Assembly: GCA_042216675.1 (NCBI GenBank) | Contig: JBDGTS010000042.1 | Span: forward strand, 1 to 36,754 | Length of the DNA: 36,754 nt | Direction of reading: 5' to 3' | Source of the DNA: Halobacteriaceae archaeon | GTDB lineage: Archaea > Halobacteriota > Halobacteria > Halobacteriales > Halobacteriaceae | Part shown: positions 16,868 through 25,423 of the stretch, piece by piece | Position numbering within the stretch: position 1 is the first letter of the stretch | Layout: every line of letters begins with the position of its first letter | Notes under the pieces: model-generated | What the model was told of the DNA's origin: nothing | Databases searched by the model: none | Seen by the model: only the letters and a program-made list of their open reading frames with translations | Translations under genes and position numbers: made by a program

Positions 16868-16950
16868 GGGCTCGGTGCGGGGGTGGCGCCCCGTTCCGGG
16901 TCCGGGCCGGTCCGCGAGCACCGCCGACGACTACCCACCCCAGTACACAC

Positions 16951-17853
16951 ATGACACGCAACGCCACCGACCTGTTCCACGGCGTCCACCCGGCCATCGC
17001 GACGCCGTTCGCCGACGACGGGAGTATCGACCACGACCAACTCGCCGCCGACGCCCGCCGCCTCGAAGCGGCCGGCGTGGACGGCATCGTCCCCGCCGGG
17101 TCGACCGGCGAGAGTGCGACGATGAGCCACGACGAACACGTCGAGGTCGTCGAGACAGTCGTCGAGGCCGTCGAGGACGTCCCGGTCATCGCGGGCACCG
17201 GGTCGAACAACACCCGGGAGGCGCTCTCGCTCTCTCAGCGGGCGGCCGACGCGGGCGCCGACGCACTCCTCCTCATCTCGCCGTACTACAACAAGCCCGA
17301 ACCCGAGGGGATGGAGCGTCACTTCCGGCGGGTCGCAGACGCCGTGGACCTACCCCAAATCGTCTACAACGTCCCCTCGCGGACCGGGCGCTCCATCGAC
17401 GCCGACACCACCGTCTCGCTGGCGGCCCACGAGAACGTCGTCGGCTACAAGGCCGCCTCGGGGGACCTCGGCCTCGTCAGCGAAATCTGTGAGCGCACCC
17501 GCGACGAGGAGTTCGCCGTCCTCTCCGGCGACGACGGCCTCACGCTCCCCATCCTGAGCGTCGGGGGCGTCGGCGCCATCAGCGTCGCCGCGAACGTCGA
17601 ACCCGAGCGCACCTGCGCGATGGTCGGCGCCGCTCTCGGCGACGACTACGGGCGGGCGCGGGAGATTCACCACGAACTCGGGCCGCTGGTGCGAGCGCTG
17701 TTCACCGAGACGAACCCCATCCCGGTCAAGGAGGCGCTGGCGCTCCGGGGCCACCACGACACCGTGCATCTCCGAGACCCCCTCTCGCGTCTCTCCGAGG
17801 CGAATCGGGAACGACTACGTGCCGCGCTGACCGAACTGGAGGCGGACCGATGA
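16951..17853 (+). CDS. dapA: 4-hydroxy-tetrahydrodipicolinate synthase
   Basis: GSTGES, PYYNKP, YNVPSRTG, GYKAASG and TNPIPVK motifs. Confidence 0.95.
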   Translation: MTRNATDLFHGVHPAIATPFADDGSIDHDQLAADARRLEAAGVDGIVPAGSTGESATMSHDEHVEVVETVVEAVEDVPVIAGTGSNNTREALSLSQRAADAGADALLLISPYYNKPEPEGMERHFRRVADAVDLPQIVYNVPSRTGRSIDADTTVSLAAHENVVGYKAASGDLGLVSEICERTRDEEFAVLSGDDGLTLPILSVGGVGAISVAANVEPERTCAMVGAALGDDYGRAREIHHELGPLVRALFTETNPIPVKEALALRGHHDTVHLRDPLSRLSEANRERLRAALTELEADR

Positions 17854-18611
17854 AACTGGCAGTCACCGGTGCGACGGGACGCATGGGGCGGGAAGTCATC
17901 GCGGCGGCCCACGAACGCGGGGACGAGGTCGCCGTGGCCATCAACCGCGACCCGACGGACGAGACAGTCGAGGGCGTCGACGTCAAGCCGGCGGCGGACC
18001 TCGAAGCTCTGCTCTCGAAGCGGGACGTGAACGCGCTCGTGGACTTCACCGGGCCGGCGAGTTCGCTGGAGTACGTCGACGCGTGCGCCGCGACGGACAC
18101 CACCGCCGTCGTCGGGACGACGGGTTTCGACGAGAGCGACGAGGCGGCGCTCCGCGAGTACGCGACCGAAATCCCCCTGCTGCGGGCCGCGAACTTCGCA
18201 CGCGGCGTGCAGGCGCTCCAGCAAGCCGTCGCCGAAGCCGTCGAGGCGCTCCCCGGCTACGACGTGGAACTCACCGAGACCCACCACAACGCCAAGCGCG
18301 ACGCCCCCAGCGGCACCGCGAAGGAACTGCTCGCCACCGTCGAGAGCCACCGCGACAGCGGCGAACAGGTCCACGGCCGCGAGGGCGAGGCGCCCCGCAC
18401 CGAGACGGAAATCGGCGTCCACGCCCGCCGCGCGGGCGACGTGACCGGCGAGCACGAGATTCTGCTCGCCGACAACCACGAGGTGCTGACGCTGACCCAC
18501 CGCGCGGAGTCCCGCGGGGTGTTCGCGGCCGGCGCTCTCGACGCGGCGGCGTGGCTTGCGGGCAGAGACCACGGCTACTATACCTTCGCTGACGTAGTGG
18601 GCGACACATGA
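17850..18611 (+). CDS. dapB: 4-hydroxy-tetrahydrodipicolinate reductase
   Basis: GATGRMG, GTTG and ETHHNAKRDAPSGTA motifs. Confidence 0.95.
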   Translation: MKLAVTGATGRMGREVIAAAHERGDEVAVAINRDPTDETVEGVDVKPAADLEALLSKRDVNALVDFTGPASSLEYVDACAATDTTAVVGTTGFDESDEAALREYATEIPLLRAANFARGVQALQQAVAEAVEALPGYDVELTETHHNAKRDAPSGTAKELLATVESHRDSGEQVHGREGEAPRTETEIGVHARRAGDVTGEHEILLADNHEVLTLTHRAESRGVFAAGALDAAAWLAGRDHGYYTFADVVGDT

Positions 18612-19441
18612 GCCTGAAGAGCGACGTGAAGTCGCTGTGGGAGCGCTACGAGGAGGACCGGGTCGACGCCGAGTCCGCTCGACCGGGTGACCTCGACGTA
18701 CTCGACGCGTTCCTCGACGACCTCGAGGCCGGCGAGGTGCGCGCCGCGACGAAAGAGGACGGCGAGTGGATCGCCAAGAAATGGGTGAAGCGAGGCATTT
18801 TGCTGAACTTCTCGCTTCGGGAGACGGCGGCCCGCGAGTACGGCGACGTGCGCTACCACGATGTGCTTCCGCTCCGCGACACGGACGACCTCGCGGACCG
18901 CGGCACGCGCAACACGCCGGATGGCACCGCCATCCGCCGGGGGGCCTATCTCGGGAGCGACTGCATCATGATGTCCCCCTCGTTCGTCAACATCGGCGCC
19001 CACGTCGGCGACGGGACGCTGGTGGACTCCTGTGACGTGGTGGGGTCCTGCGCGCAGATCGGCGAGAACGTGAAACTCGGCGCGAACACGGTCATCGGCG
19101 GCGTCCTCGAACCCGTCGAGAGCGCGCCGGTCGTCGTCGAGGACGACGTGGACCTCGGTGCCGGCTGTCGGGTCACCTCCGGCTTCGTCGTCGGCGAGGG
19201 CTCCGTCGTCGCGGAGAACACCCTGCTCACGCCGCGCATCCCCATCTACGACCTCGTGGACGAGGAGATTCGCTACGGCGAACTGCCGCCCGAGCGCCGC
19301 GCCTTCGCCCGCTACGTCGAGTCGAGCGTCAGCGACCACGACCTGTTGCCCGGCGCGGCGTACAAGCCCGCCGTCGTCGCGATGGACGTGGAGGCAGACA
19401 CGCTTGACGCGACCGAACGCGAGCAGGCGCTCCGGGAATGA
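18608..19441 (+). CDS. dapD: Tetrahydrodipicolinate N-succinyltransferase
   Basis: WVKRGILLNF, hexapeptide repeats, VGSCAQIG, IGGVLEP. Confidence 0.93.
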   Translation: MSLKSDVKSLWERYEEDRVDAESARPGDLDVLDAFLDDLEAGEVRAATKEDGEWIAKKWVKRGILLNFSLRETAAREYGDVRYHDVLPLRDTDDLADRGTRNTPDGTAIRRGAYLGSDCIMMSPSFVNIGAHVGDGTLVDSCDVVGSCAQIGENVKLGANTVIGGVLEPVESAPVVVEDDVDLGAGCRVTSGFVVGEGSVVAENTLLTPRIPIYDLVDEEIRYGELPPERRAFARYVESSVSDHDLLPGAAYKPAVVAMDVEADTLDATEREQALRE

Positions 19442-20673
19442 GCGCCGACTCGCCCCTCGTCCGGCGCGTGACGGACTGGGACTTCGACGAACTCGCGGAC
19501 CTCGCCTTCGAGTTCGGGACGCCCCTCTACGTCCTCGACCCCGAGCGGGTGCGGGCGAACTACCGTCGCTTCGCCGACGCGTTTCCCGAGGCCGAGGTGA
19601 TGTACGCGGCGAAGGCCCACACCGGGCAGGCGGTCCTCGAAGCCCTGCTGGACGCCGGTGCGACCATCGAGTGCGCCGCGCGGGGCGAACTCCAGCGGGC
19701 AGTCGAGGCGGGCGCGGACCCCGACACGCTCCAGTACACGGCCGTCAACCCGCCGGACGCCGACCTCGACTACGCGGTCGAACTGGCCGCTGAGCATCCG
19801 GGTCTGACCGTCACCGGCGGTGCGCGAGACACCTTCGACCGCCTCGAAGAACGCGGCTACGACGGCCGCGTCGCCATCCGCATCAATCCCGGCATCGGCA
19901 CCGGCCACCACGAGAAGGTGGCGACGGGGAAGGACGCGAAGTTCGGCATCCCCTACGACGAGGTGCCCGCTCTCGCCGACGACCTCCGGGAGCGCTTCGA
20001 CCTCGTGGGCATCCACGCCCACGCCGGGTCCGGCGTCCTCCACGACGACTTGGCCGACCACTGCCGCGCCATCGCGAAAGTTGCCGACGTGGCCCGCGAA
20101 GTCGGGGACGAGAGCCTCGAATTCGTGGACTTCGGCGGCGGCTTCGGCGTCCCCTACCGGCCCGAGGAGGAGCCACTGGACATGGAGCAAGTCGCCGAGC
20201 AAGTCCGGGGGGCAATCGGTGACCTCGCGGCGACCCCGAAGTTCGAACCGGGGCGCTACGTGGTCGCCGACGCCGAGGTCATCCTCACGGAGGTGAACAC
20301 GGTGAAGGAGACGCCCGCCACCACCGTCGTCGGCGTGGACGCGTCGCTGGCGACGCTCATCCGCCCGGCGATGTTCGACGCCTACCACCCGATGGCGAAC
20401 GTGACGGCGCCCGACCGCGCGGAGGAACCCGTCTCGGTGGGCGGCCCCTGCTGTACGAGCGCCGACGTGTTCTGCACGGACCGGCCGCTCCCCGAACCCG
20501 CGCGGGGCGACGTGCTGGCAATCGGCAACGCCGGCGCGTACGGCTACGAACTCGCGAACCAGTTCCACTCCCAGCCGCGACCCGCCGAAGTCGCACTCGA
20601 AGACGGCGAAGCCCGCGTCGTCCGGCGACGGGAGACGATGGCCGACGTGACCCGCGTCGAACGGGAGCGATGA
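19438..20673 (+). CDS. lysA: Diaminopimelate decarboxylase (atypical active-site residues)
   Basis: GTPLYV, YAAKAH (PLP Lys), KFG, HAHAGS, DFGGG, EPGR and GAYG motifs; located in the dap operon. Confidence 0.9.
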   Translation: MSADSPLVRRVTDWDFDELADLAFEFGTPLYVLDPERVRANYRRFADAFPEAEVMYAAKAHTGQAVLEALLDAGATIECAARGELQRAVEAGADPDTLQYTAVNPPDADLDYAVELAAEHPGLTVTGGARDTFDRLEERGYDGRVAIRINPGIGTGHHEKVATGKDAKFGIPYDEVPALADDLRERFDLVGIHAHAGSGVLHDDLADHCRAIAKVADVAREVGDESLEFVDFGGGFGVPYRPEEEPLDMEQVAEQVRGAIGDLAATPKFEPGRYVVADAEVILTEVNTVKETPATTVVGVDASLATLIRPAMFDAYHPMANVTAPDRAEEPVSVGGPCCTSADVFCTDRPLPEPARGDVLAIGNAGAYGYELANQFHSQPRPAEVALEDGEARVVRRRETMADVTRVERER

Positions 20674-21722
20674 GTTTCGACCCACTCGACTTTCACCGGC
20701 GCGCCGTCGAGACTCCCTCTCACGAGGACGTGGAGCCGATGCGGACCCTGCTGGTCGAGACGCTCCGCGACGCGGGCGCCGACCCGCGCGTCGACGAACA
20801 CGGCGTCGTCCACGCCGTGCGGGGGGCCGGCGACCCGCATCTGGTCCTCAACACCCACATCGACACCGTGGCGCCCCACGTCCCCTACGAGCGAGAGGGG
20901 GAGACGGCCTACGGGCGCGGCGCCTGCGACGCGAAGGGGCCACTCGCGGCCCTCGTCGCGGCGTTCCTCCGCGCGGACGTGGACGGGAAACTGACGCTCG
21001 CGGTGACGCCCGACGAGGAGACGGCCCAGACTGGCGCCGTCGCCGTCGCGGGTACCTTCGACGCCGACGGCTACGTCGTCGGCGAACCGACCGGACTCGA
21101 CGTCTGCACCGCCGCGCGCGGTATGTTCAGCGGCACCGTCGCGCTCCGCGGCGAGGCGGGCCACGCCGCCGACCCGGCGAACGGCGTCAACGCCGTCCGC
21201 GCGGCCGGGCCGGTCCTGCAGGCCATGGACACCTACGACGAGGAACGCGGCCCCGACCCGGACCCGACGCTCGGCGCGCCGACGCTCACGCCGACGCGCA
21301 TCACCGGCGGTGAGGCGCTGAACCAGATTCCCGCCGCGTGCGAGATTACCTTCGACCGGCGGAGCGTCCCGCCGGAGACGGCCGCGGAGTTCCCCGCATC
21401 GCTGGAGGCACACCTCCGTGCGGCCTGTCCCGACGACGTGGACCTCAACGTTTCGCTCACGGGCGACCCCGAGCAGTTCGACGACCCGTTCGTGACGGAC
21501 AGTGACGAACCGCTCGTGCAGGCGCTGGCGGACGCGAGCGGCGGCGAGGTGCGGGCCTTCGGCGCCGCAACCGAGGCATCGCACTTCGCGCCCCACGCGC
21601 CCACCGTCGTCTTCGGGCCGGGCGACCTCTCGGTGGCCCACAGCGCCGACGAGCGGGTCGAACTGCCCGACGTCGAGCGTGCCGCCGCGGCGGTGACGGC
21701 CGCCGTCGAGGAGTTACTCTGA
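20670..21722 (+). CDS. dapE: M20 metallopeptidase, probable succinyl-DAP desuccinylase
   Basis: HIDTV, GRGACDAKG, DEE, GEPT and AHSADE motifs; ATGA-coupled to lysA. Confidence 0.8.
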   Translation: MSFDPLDFHRRAVETPSHEDVEPMRTLLVETLRDAGADPRVDEHGVVHAVRGAGDPHLVLNTHIDTVAPHVPYEREGETAYGRGACDAKGPLAALVAAFLRADVDGKLTLAVTPDEETAQTGAVAVAGTFDADGYVVGEPTGLDVCTAARGMFSGTVALRGEAGHAADPANGVNAVRAAGPVLQAMDTYDEERGPDPDPTLGAPTLTPTRITGGEALNQIPAACEITFDRRSVPPETAAEFPASLEAHLRAACPDDVDLNVSLTGDPEQFDDPFVTDSDEPLVQALADASGGEVRAFGAATEASHFAPHAPTVVFGPGDLSVAHSADERVELPDVERAAAAVTAAVEELL

Positions 21723-22376
21723 GTCCGTGGCGACGCCGACGGCGACGCCGGCCAGTAGCCCGCCGAGGTGGCCGAGGTTCATCGCCATCGGCGCTCCGAG
21801 CGCCGTCACCACGTCGACCGTGACGACCAGTACAGCAGCGACGCCCGTCAGCGTGACGAGCCACCACCGCGGCGTGAGCGTCCAGTCAGCGTCGAGTGCG
21901 AGGGCGAGGCCACAGCCCAGCAGGCCGAACCCGAACGCGCTGGCGCCGTAGGCGGCGACGTGCGGGTCGCCGGCGAGGAGCCACAGTTTCGCGCCCTCCA
22001 CGTAGAGCGGGAGGACACCACCCGCGAGAAAGAGGCCAGCGGCGTCCCACCGCCCGATGCGGGCCTCGACGGGCGCGGCGACGTAGAGGACGGCCGCGTT
22101 CGCGGCGAGGTGGCCCAGTCGCTGGTGGAGGACCGGCGCGAGCGGCCACGCGACCCACGGGGCGCGGACGAAGAGGGTGGCGACGACGGCCCGCGTGCCA
22201 GTCCCGAGGTAGAGCGCGGCCGCGGCTTCGAGCGCGAACACCCAGACGGAGAGCGCGAAGACGGTCCACGTCAGCGGCGCGCCGTCGAAGCGGCCACGGA
22301 CCGAGGCCGCGAGCAGACTGACCGGTCGCTGTCCGAGGTCGGCGGCGACGGCGCGCGGCCCGCGGCGCTCCGACAC
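21714..22376 (-). CDS. Rhomboid-family intramembrane serine protease
   Basis: H..LGHLAAN, YGAS (catalytic Ser) and GHLGGLLAG (catalytic His); multiple TM helices. Confidence 0.75.
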   Translation of the reverse strand: MSERRGPRAVAADLGQRPVSLLAASVRGRFDGAPLTWTVFALSVWVFALEAAAALYLGTGTRAVVATLFVRAPWVAWPLAPVLHQRLGHLAANAAVLYVAAPVEARIGRWDAAGLFLAGGVLPLYVEGAKLWLLAGDPHVAAYGASAFGFGLLGCGLALALDADWTLTPRWWLVTLTGVAAVLVVTVDVVTALGAPMAMNLGHLGGLLAGVAVGVATDSE

Positions 22377-22413
22377 GGTGACACCTCGCAGTGCGGCGTG
22401 AAAAGTCAGCGGG

Positions 22414-23790
22414 TCAGACGTCGTCCGCGAGGTCCGCGGCGACGCCGGTGTAGCCCGCCGGCGTGAGCGCGCGGAGTTCCTCGCGCACGCTCTCGTCGAC
22501 GTCGAGGTCGTCGAACAGGTCGCGGAAGTCGTCGAGAGTGACCCGCTCGCCGCGGGTGAGTTCCTTCACTCGCTCGTAGGCGTCCTCGTGGCCCTCGCGG
22601 CGGAGGATGGTCTGGACCGCCTCGCCGATGACCTCGGGGGTGGCGTCGAGGTCCTCGCGCATCACCTGCTCGTTCGGGACCACCTTCGAGAGGCCGGCCG
22701 AACACTTCACGTAGCCCAGCAGGCAGTAGGCGAAGGCGGCGCCGACGTTGCGCTTCACCGTCGAGTCCGAGAGGTCGCGCTGGAGGCGCGAGGTGGTCAC
22801 GTAGTCCGCGAGGAACGTCAGGTCGCTGTTGGCCTTCGAGAGGTTCCCCTCGCTGTTCTCGAAGTCGATGGGGTTCACCTTGTGCGGCATCGTCGAGGAG
22901 CCAGTCTCGCCCGCCGCGGCCTCCTGTCCGAGGTAGCGGTCGGAGACGTAGAGCCACGCGTCGCGGTCCAAGTCCAGCAGGACGTTGTTGACGCCACGGA
23001 GCGCGTCGAAGAGCGCCGCCACGTCGTCACAGGGGTTCACCTGCGTCGTCAGCGGTTGATGCTCAAGTCCGAGGCCGAGGACGAACTCGCGGGCGAACGC
23101 GGGCCAGTCCACGTCGGGGTAGGCGGCGACGTGCGCGGCGTAGGTGCCCGAGGCGCCGGCGAGTTTGCCGGCGAGGCCGTCGACGGCCGAATCGACGCGC
23201 GCCGCGGCCTGCCCGACGCGGGACGCGTAGACGGCCATCTCCTTGCCGAAGGTGGTCGGGGTGGCCGGTTGGCCGTGGGTGCGCGCGAGCATCGGCACGT
23301 CGCGGTGGTCCCGCGCCATCTCCGCGAGGGCGTCCCGGAGGTCCCGAATCGCGGGGAGCAACACCTCCTCGACGGCGCCCTTCGCAAGCAGGCGGTGCGC
23401 GAGGTTGTTCACGTCCTCGCTCGTCAGCGCGAAGTGGACCCACGGGCCGACGCCCATCGCCTCGGCGGCCTCGTCCCGGACGAAGTACTCGACGGCCTTC
23501 ACGTCGTGATTCGTCGCGGGGCGCTCCGCCGTGCCCTCGGTCTCCAGTCGCTTGACGTACGCGGCGTCGTCGGCGTCGAACTCCTCGTAGAGGGCGCGGA
23601 GGGTCATCCGCTCGGCCTCGCCGAGTTCGAGTCCCGTCGCGGGGACGCTGGCGAGGGAAATCAGGTACTCCACTTCGACGCGGACGCGGGCCCGCATCAG
23701 GGCCGCCTCGCTGGCGTAGTCCCGGAGCGGCGCCGTGCGGCCGGCGTAGCGCCCGTCGAGTGGCGAGACGGCGTCGAGAGCGTCTGGCAT
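22414..23790 (-). CDS. purB: Adenylosuccinate lyase
   Basis: SPLDGRY, TNHDVKAVEY, ARTHGQPA and GSSTMPHKVNPIDFENSEGN motifs; start ATG 23790. Confidence 0.96.
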   Translation of the reverse strand: MPDALDAVSPLDGRYAGRTAPLRDYASEAALMRARVRVEVEYLISLASVPATGLELGEAERMTLRALYEEFDADDAAYVKRLETEGTAERPATNHDVKAVEYFVRDEAAEAMGVGPWVHFALTSEDVNNLAHRLLAKGAVEEVLLPAIRDLRDALAEMARDHRDVPMLARTHGQPATPTTFGKEMAVYASRVGQAAARVDSAVDGLAGKLAGASGTYAAHVAAYPDVDWPAFAREFVLGLGLEHQPLTTQVNPCDDVAALFDALRGVNNVLLDLDRDAWLYVSDRYLGQEAAAGETGSSTMPHKVNPIDFENSEGNLSKANSDLTFLADYVTTSRLQRDLSDSTVKRNVGAAFAYCLLGYVKCSAGLSKVVPNEQVMREDLDATPEVIGEAVQTILRREGHEDAYERVKELTRGERVTLDDFRDLFDDLDVDESVREELRALTPAGYTGVAADLADDV

Positions 23791-23875
23791 ACGAGTGTGG
23801 CGCCCCGGAGCGCGCAAAAGGGTATCGCATCCGCGGCCCCACAAGAGACTTACAGCAGCACTGACACGTTCCGGT

Positions 23876-25375
23876 ATGCGCCGCCGCGCCCTCCTCACAG
23901 CCATCGCCGCCGGAAGCGCCGGGCTCGCGGGCTGTTCGGCCCTGCGCGGGTCCGACGGTGGCGACGCGCCGACAGAGACGAACGGGAGCACCGAGACGCC
24001 GACAGCCACGGCCACCGAGACGCCGGCAGCGACGGCGACGTCGACGCCGACGGACGACGAGTGGCGAACGGCAGTCGCGTACGAGACGGGGCCGCGAACC
24101 GTCGCGTTCGGTCGCGTCGGCTGGCGCGACGACGGCGTCACCGGAGCGCTGGAGTTCGACCGGACCGCCACCGCCGACCACCCGGCCCGCCTCACCGGCC
24201 GACTGGAGAACACGAACGACTACGAGACGACGGTGCGGGTCCGCGACCACCCGATTCTGCGGGGGGCCGAAGCCCGCGTCGACGCGTTCGACCTCTCGGC
24301 ATCGCTGTACGCCGTCCCGACCGAGCCCAACGCGCTGACCACGGCCACGCCGACGCTCCGGCGCGGGTCGGACGGCTACTGGCGCGTCACCGAGCGGGGG
24401 TCGTGGACCCGCGACACCGTGCGCTTGGCCCCCGGCGAGCGGACGTCGCTGGCGTACGCCCTCGCCGTCGGCCCCGAGACGGAGGGGTTCCCGACGGGCA
24501 CCTACGACTTCGTCGGCGGCGAGGACGGCCACAGCGTGCAGGTGTGGAACACGGAGCGCCCGGGCCCGACGGGCGAGTCGCGGTTCGCGGGCCGGTCCGT
24601 GCCGTCGCTCGGCGAGGGGCCGACGGGCTGGTACCACGACGCCGACGCGACGACGAAGGCCTTCCTCCGGCCGTCGACGGAGCGCCTCGAACTCGACGGA
24701 CTGGCGGAGTTCGAGTTCGTGAACCACAGCCGGTCCGCCCTCCAGTGTGGCCACTGGAACCTCCACAAGCTCGTCGACGGCGAGTGGTTCCACGTCGCGC
24801 CACGGATCCACTTCAGCGTCTGTCGCGGCGTCGGGCCGGGCGGGCGGAAGCGGTGGCCGCTCCGGGCGTTCAACGGCGCGGCCGTGCCCTGTGGCTGTGA
24901 CCGGTCCGGAACGGGCTGTGACGACGGCCTCACGCGGGGCTATCTCGGCGGGGGCACCTACGCCGCCGTGGTCGGCTACGGCTATCCGGAGGGCGACAGC
25001 GCCGCCCTCGTCGAACTGGTCGGCGACCAGATCGAGGTGGTGCCGACGGCCGACGCGACCGTCGAACGCGACGGCGACGCCGCCGTCGTGACGACGGGGC
25101 GGTACGGCGACGGCGAGGACCCCCCGGACGCGACGCTCGTCCTCGAACCGGCCGAGAGCGCCGAACGGCGACTCATCGCCGAGCAGGTGATGGCGGGCCC
25201 ACGACCGATGGCGAGGGGGCAGGCGCTCCGGGACGCGCTGGCGCCCGTCTCGGCGGGCGCGACGCGGGTCACCGTGCGAACTGACGCCGACGCCGTTGAG
25301 GTCGCTCTCGGCTACGAGGAGGGCCCGCGTCGGTTCCGCTTCCGAGGGGCGGCATACGAGGTCAGGCGCGGGTGA
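23876..25375 (+). CDS. Tat-exported lipoprotein of unknown function (499 aa)
   Basis: MRRRALL twin-arginine signal, lipobox LAGC, Thr/Pro-rich linker, beta-rich body. Confidence 0.8.
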   Translation: MRRRALLTAIAAGSAGLAGCSALRGSDGGDAPTETNGSTETPTATATETPAATATSTPTDDEWRTAVAYETGPRTVAFGRVGWRDDGVTGALEFDRTATADHPARLTGRLENTNDYETTVRVRDHPILRGAEARVDAFDLSASLYAVPTEPNALTTATPTLRRGSDGYWRVTERGSWTRDTVRLAPGERTSLAYALAVGPETEGFPTGTYDFVGGEDGHSVQVWNTERPGPTGESRFAGRSVPSLGEGPTGWYHDADATTKAFLRPSTERLELDGLAEFEFVNHSRSALQCGHWNLHKLVDGEWFHVAPRIHFSVCRGVGPGGRKRWPLRAFNGAAVPCGCDRSGTGCDDGLTRGYLGGGTYAAVVGYGYPEGDSAALVELVGDQIEVVPTADATVERDGDAAVVTTGRYGDGEDPPDATLVLEPAESAERRLIAEQVMAGPRPMARGQALRDALAPVSAGATRVTVRTDADAVEVALGYEEGPRRFRFRGAAYEVRRG

Positions 25376-25423
25376 GCGCCGGGAATCACAATCACTTTTG
25401 GCGCGCCCCGCGCCTCTCCGCAC

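Noticed and set aside
16868-16950. Lysine riboswitch or T-box before dapA
   Set aside because: No recognisable consensus of either bacterial element; kept only as part of the leader-peptide hypothesis.
23985-24055. Repeat element in the lipoprotein gene
   Set aside because: Simply encodes the Thr/Pro/Ala linker typical of haloarchaeal surface proteins.
22588-25423. Long overlapping ORFs (770 aa plus strand, 786 aa minus strand)
   Set aside because: Stop-poor alternative frames of GC-rich purB and the lipoprotein gene; non-acidic and without motifs.
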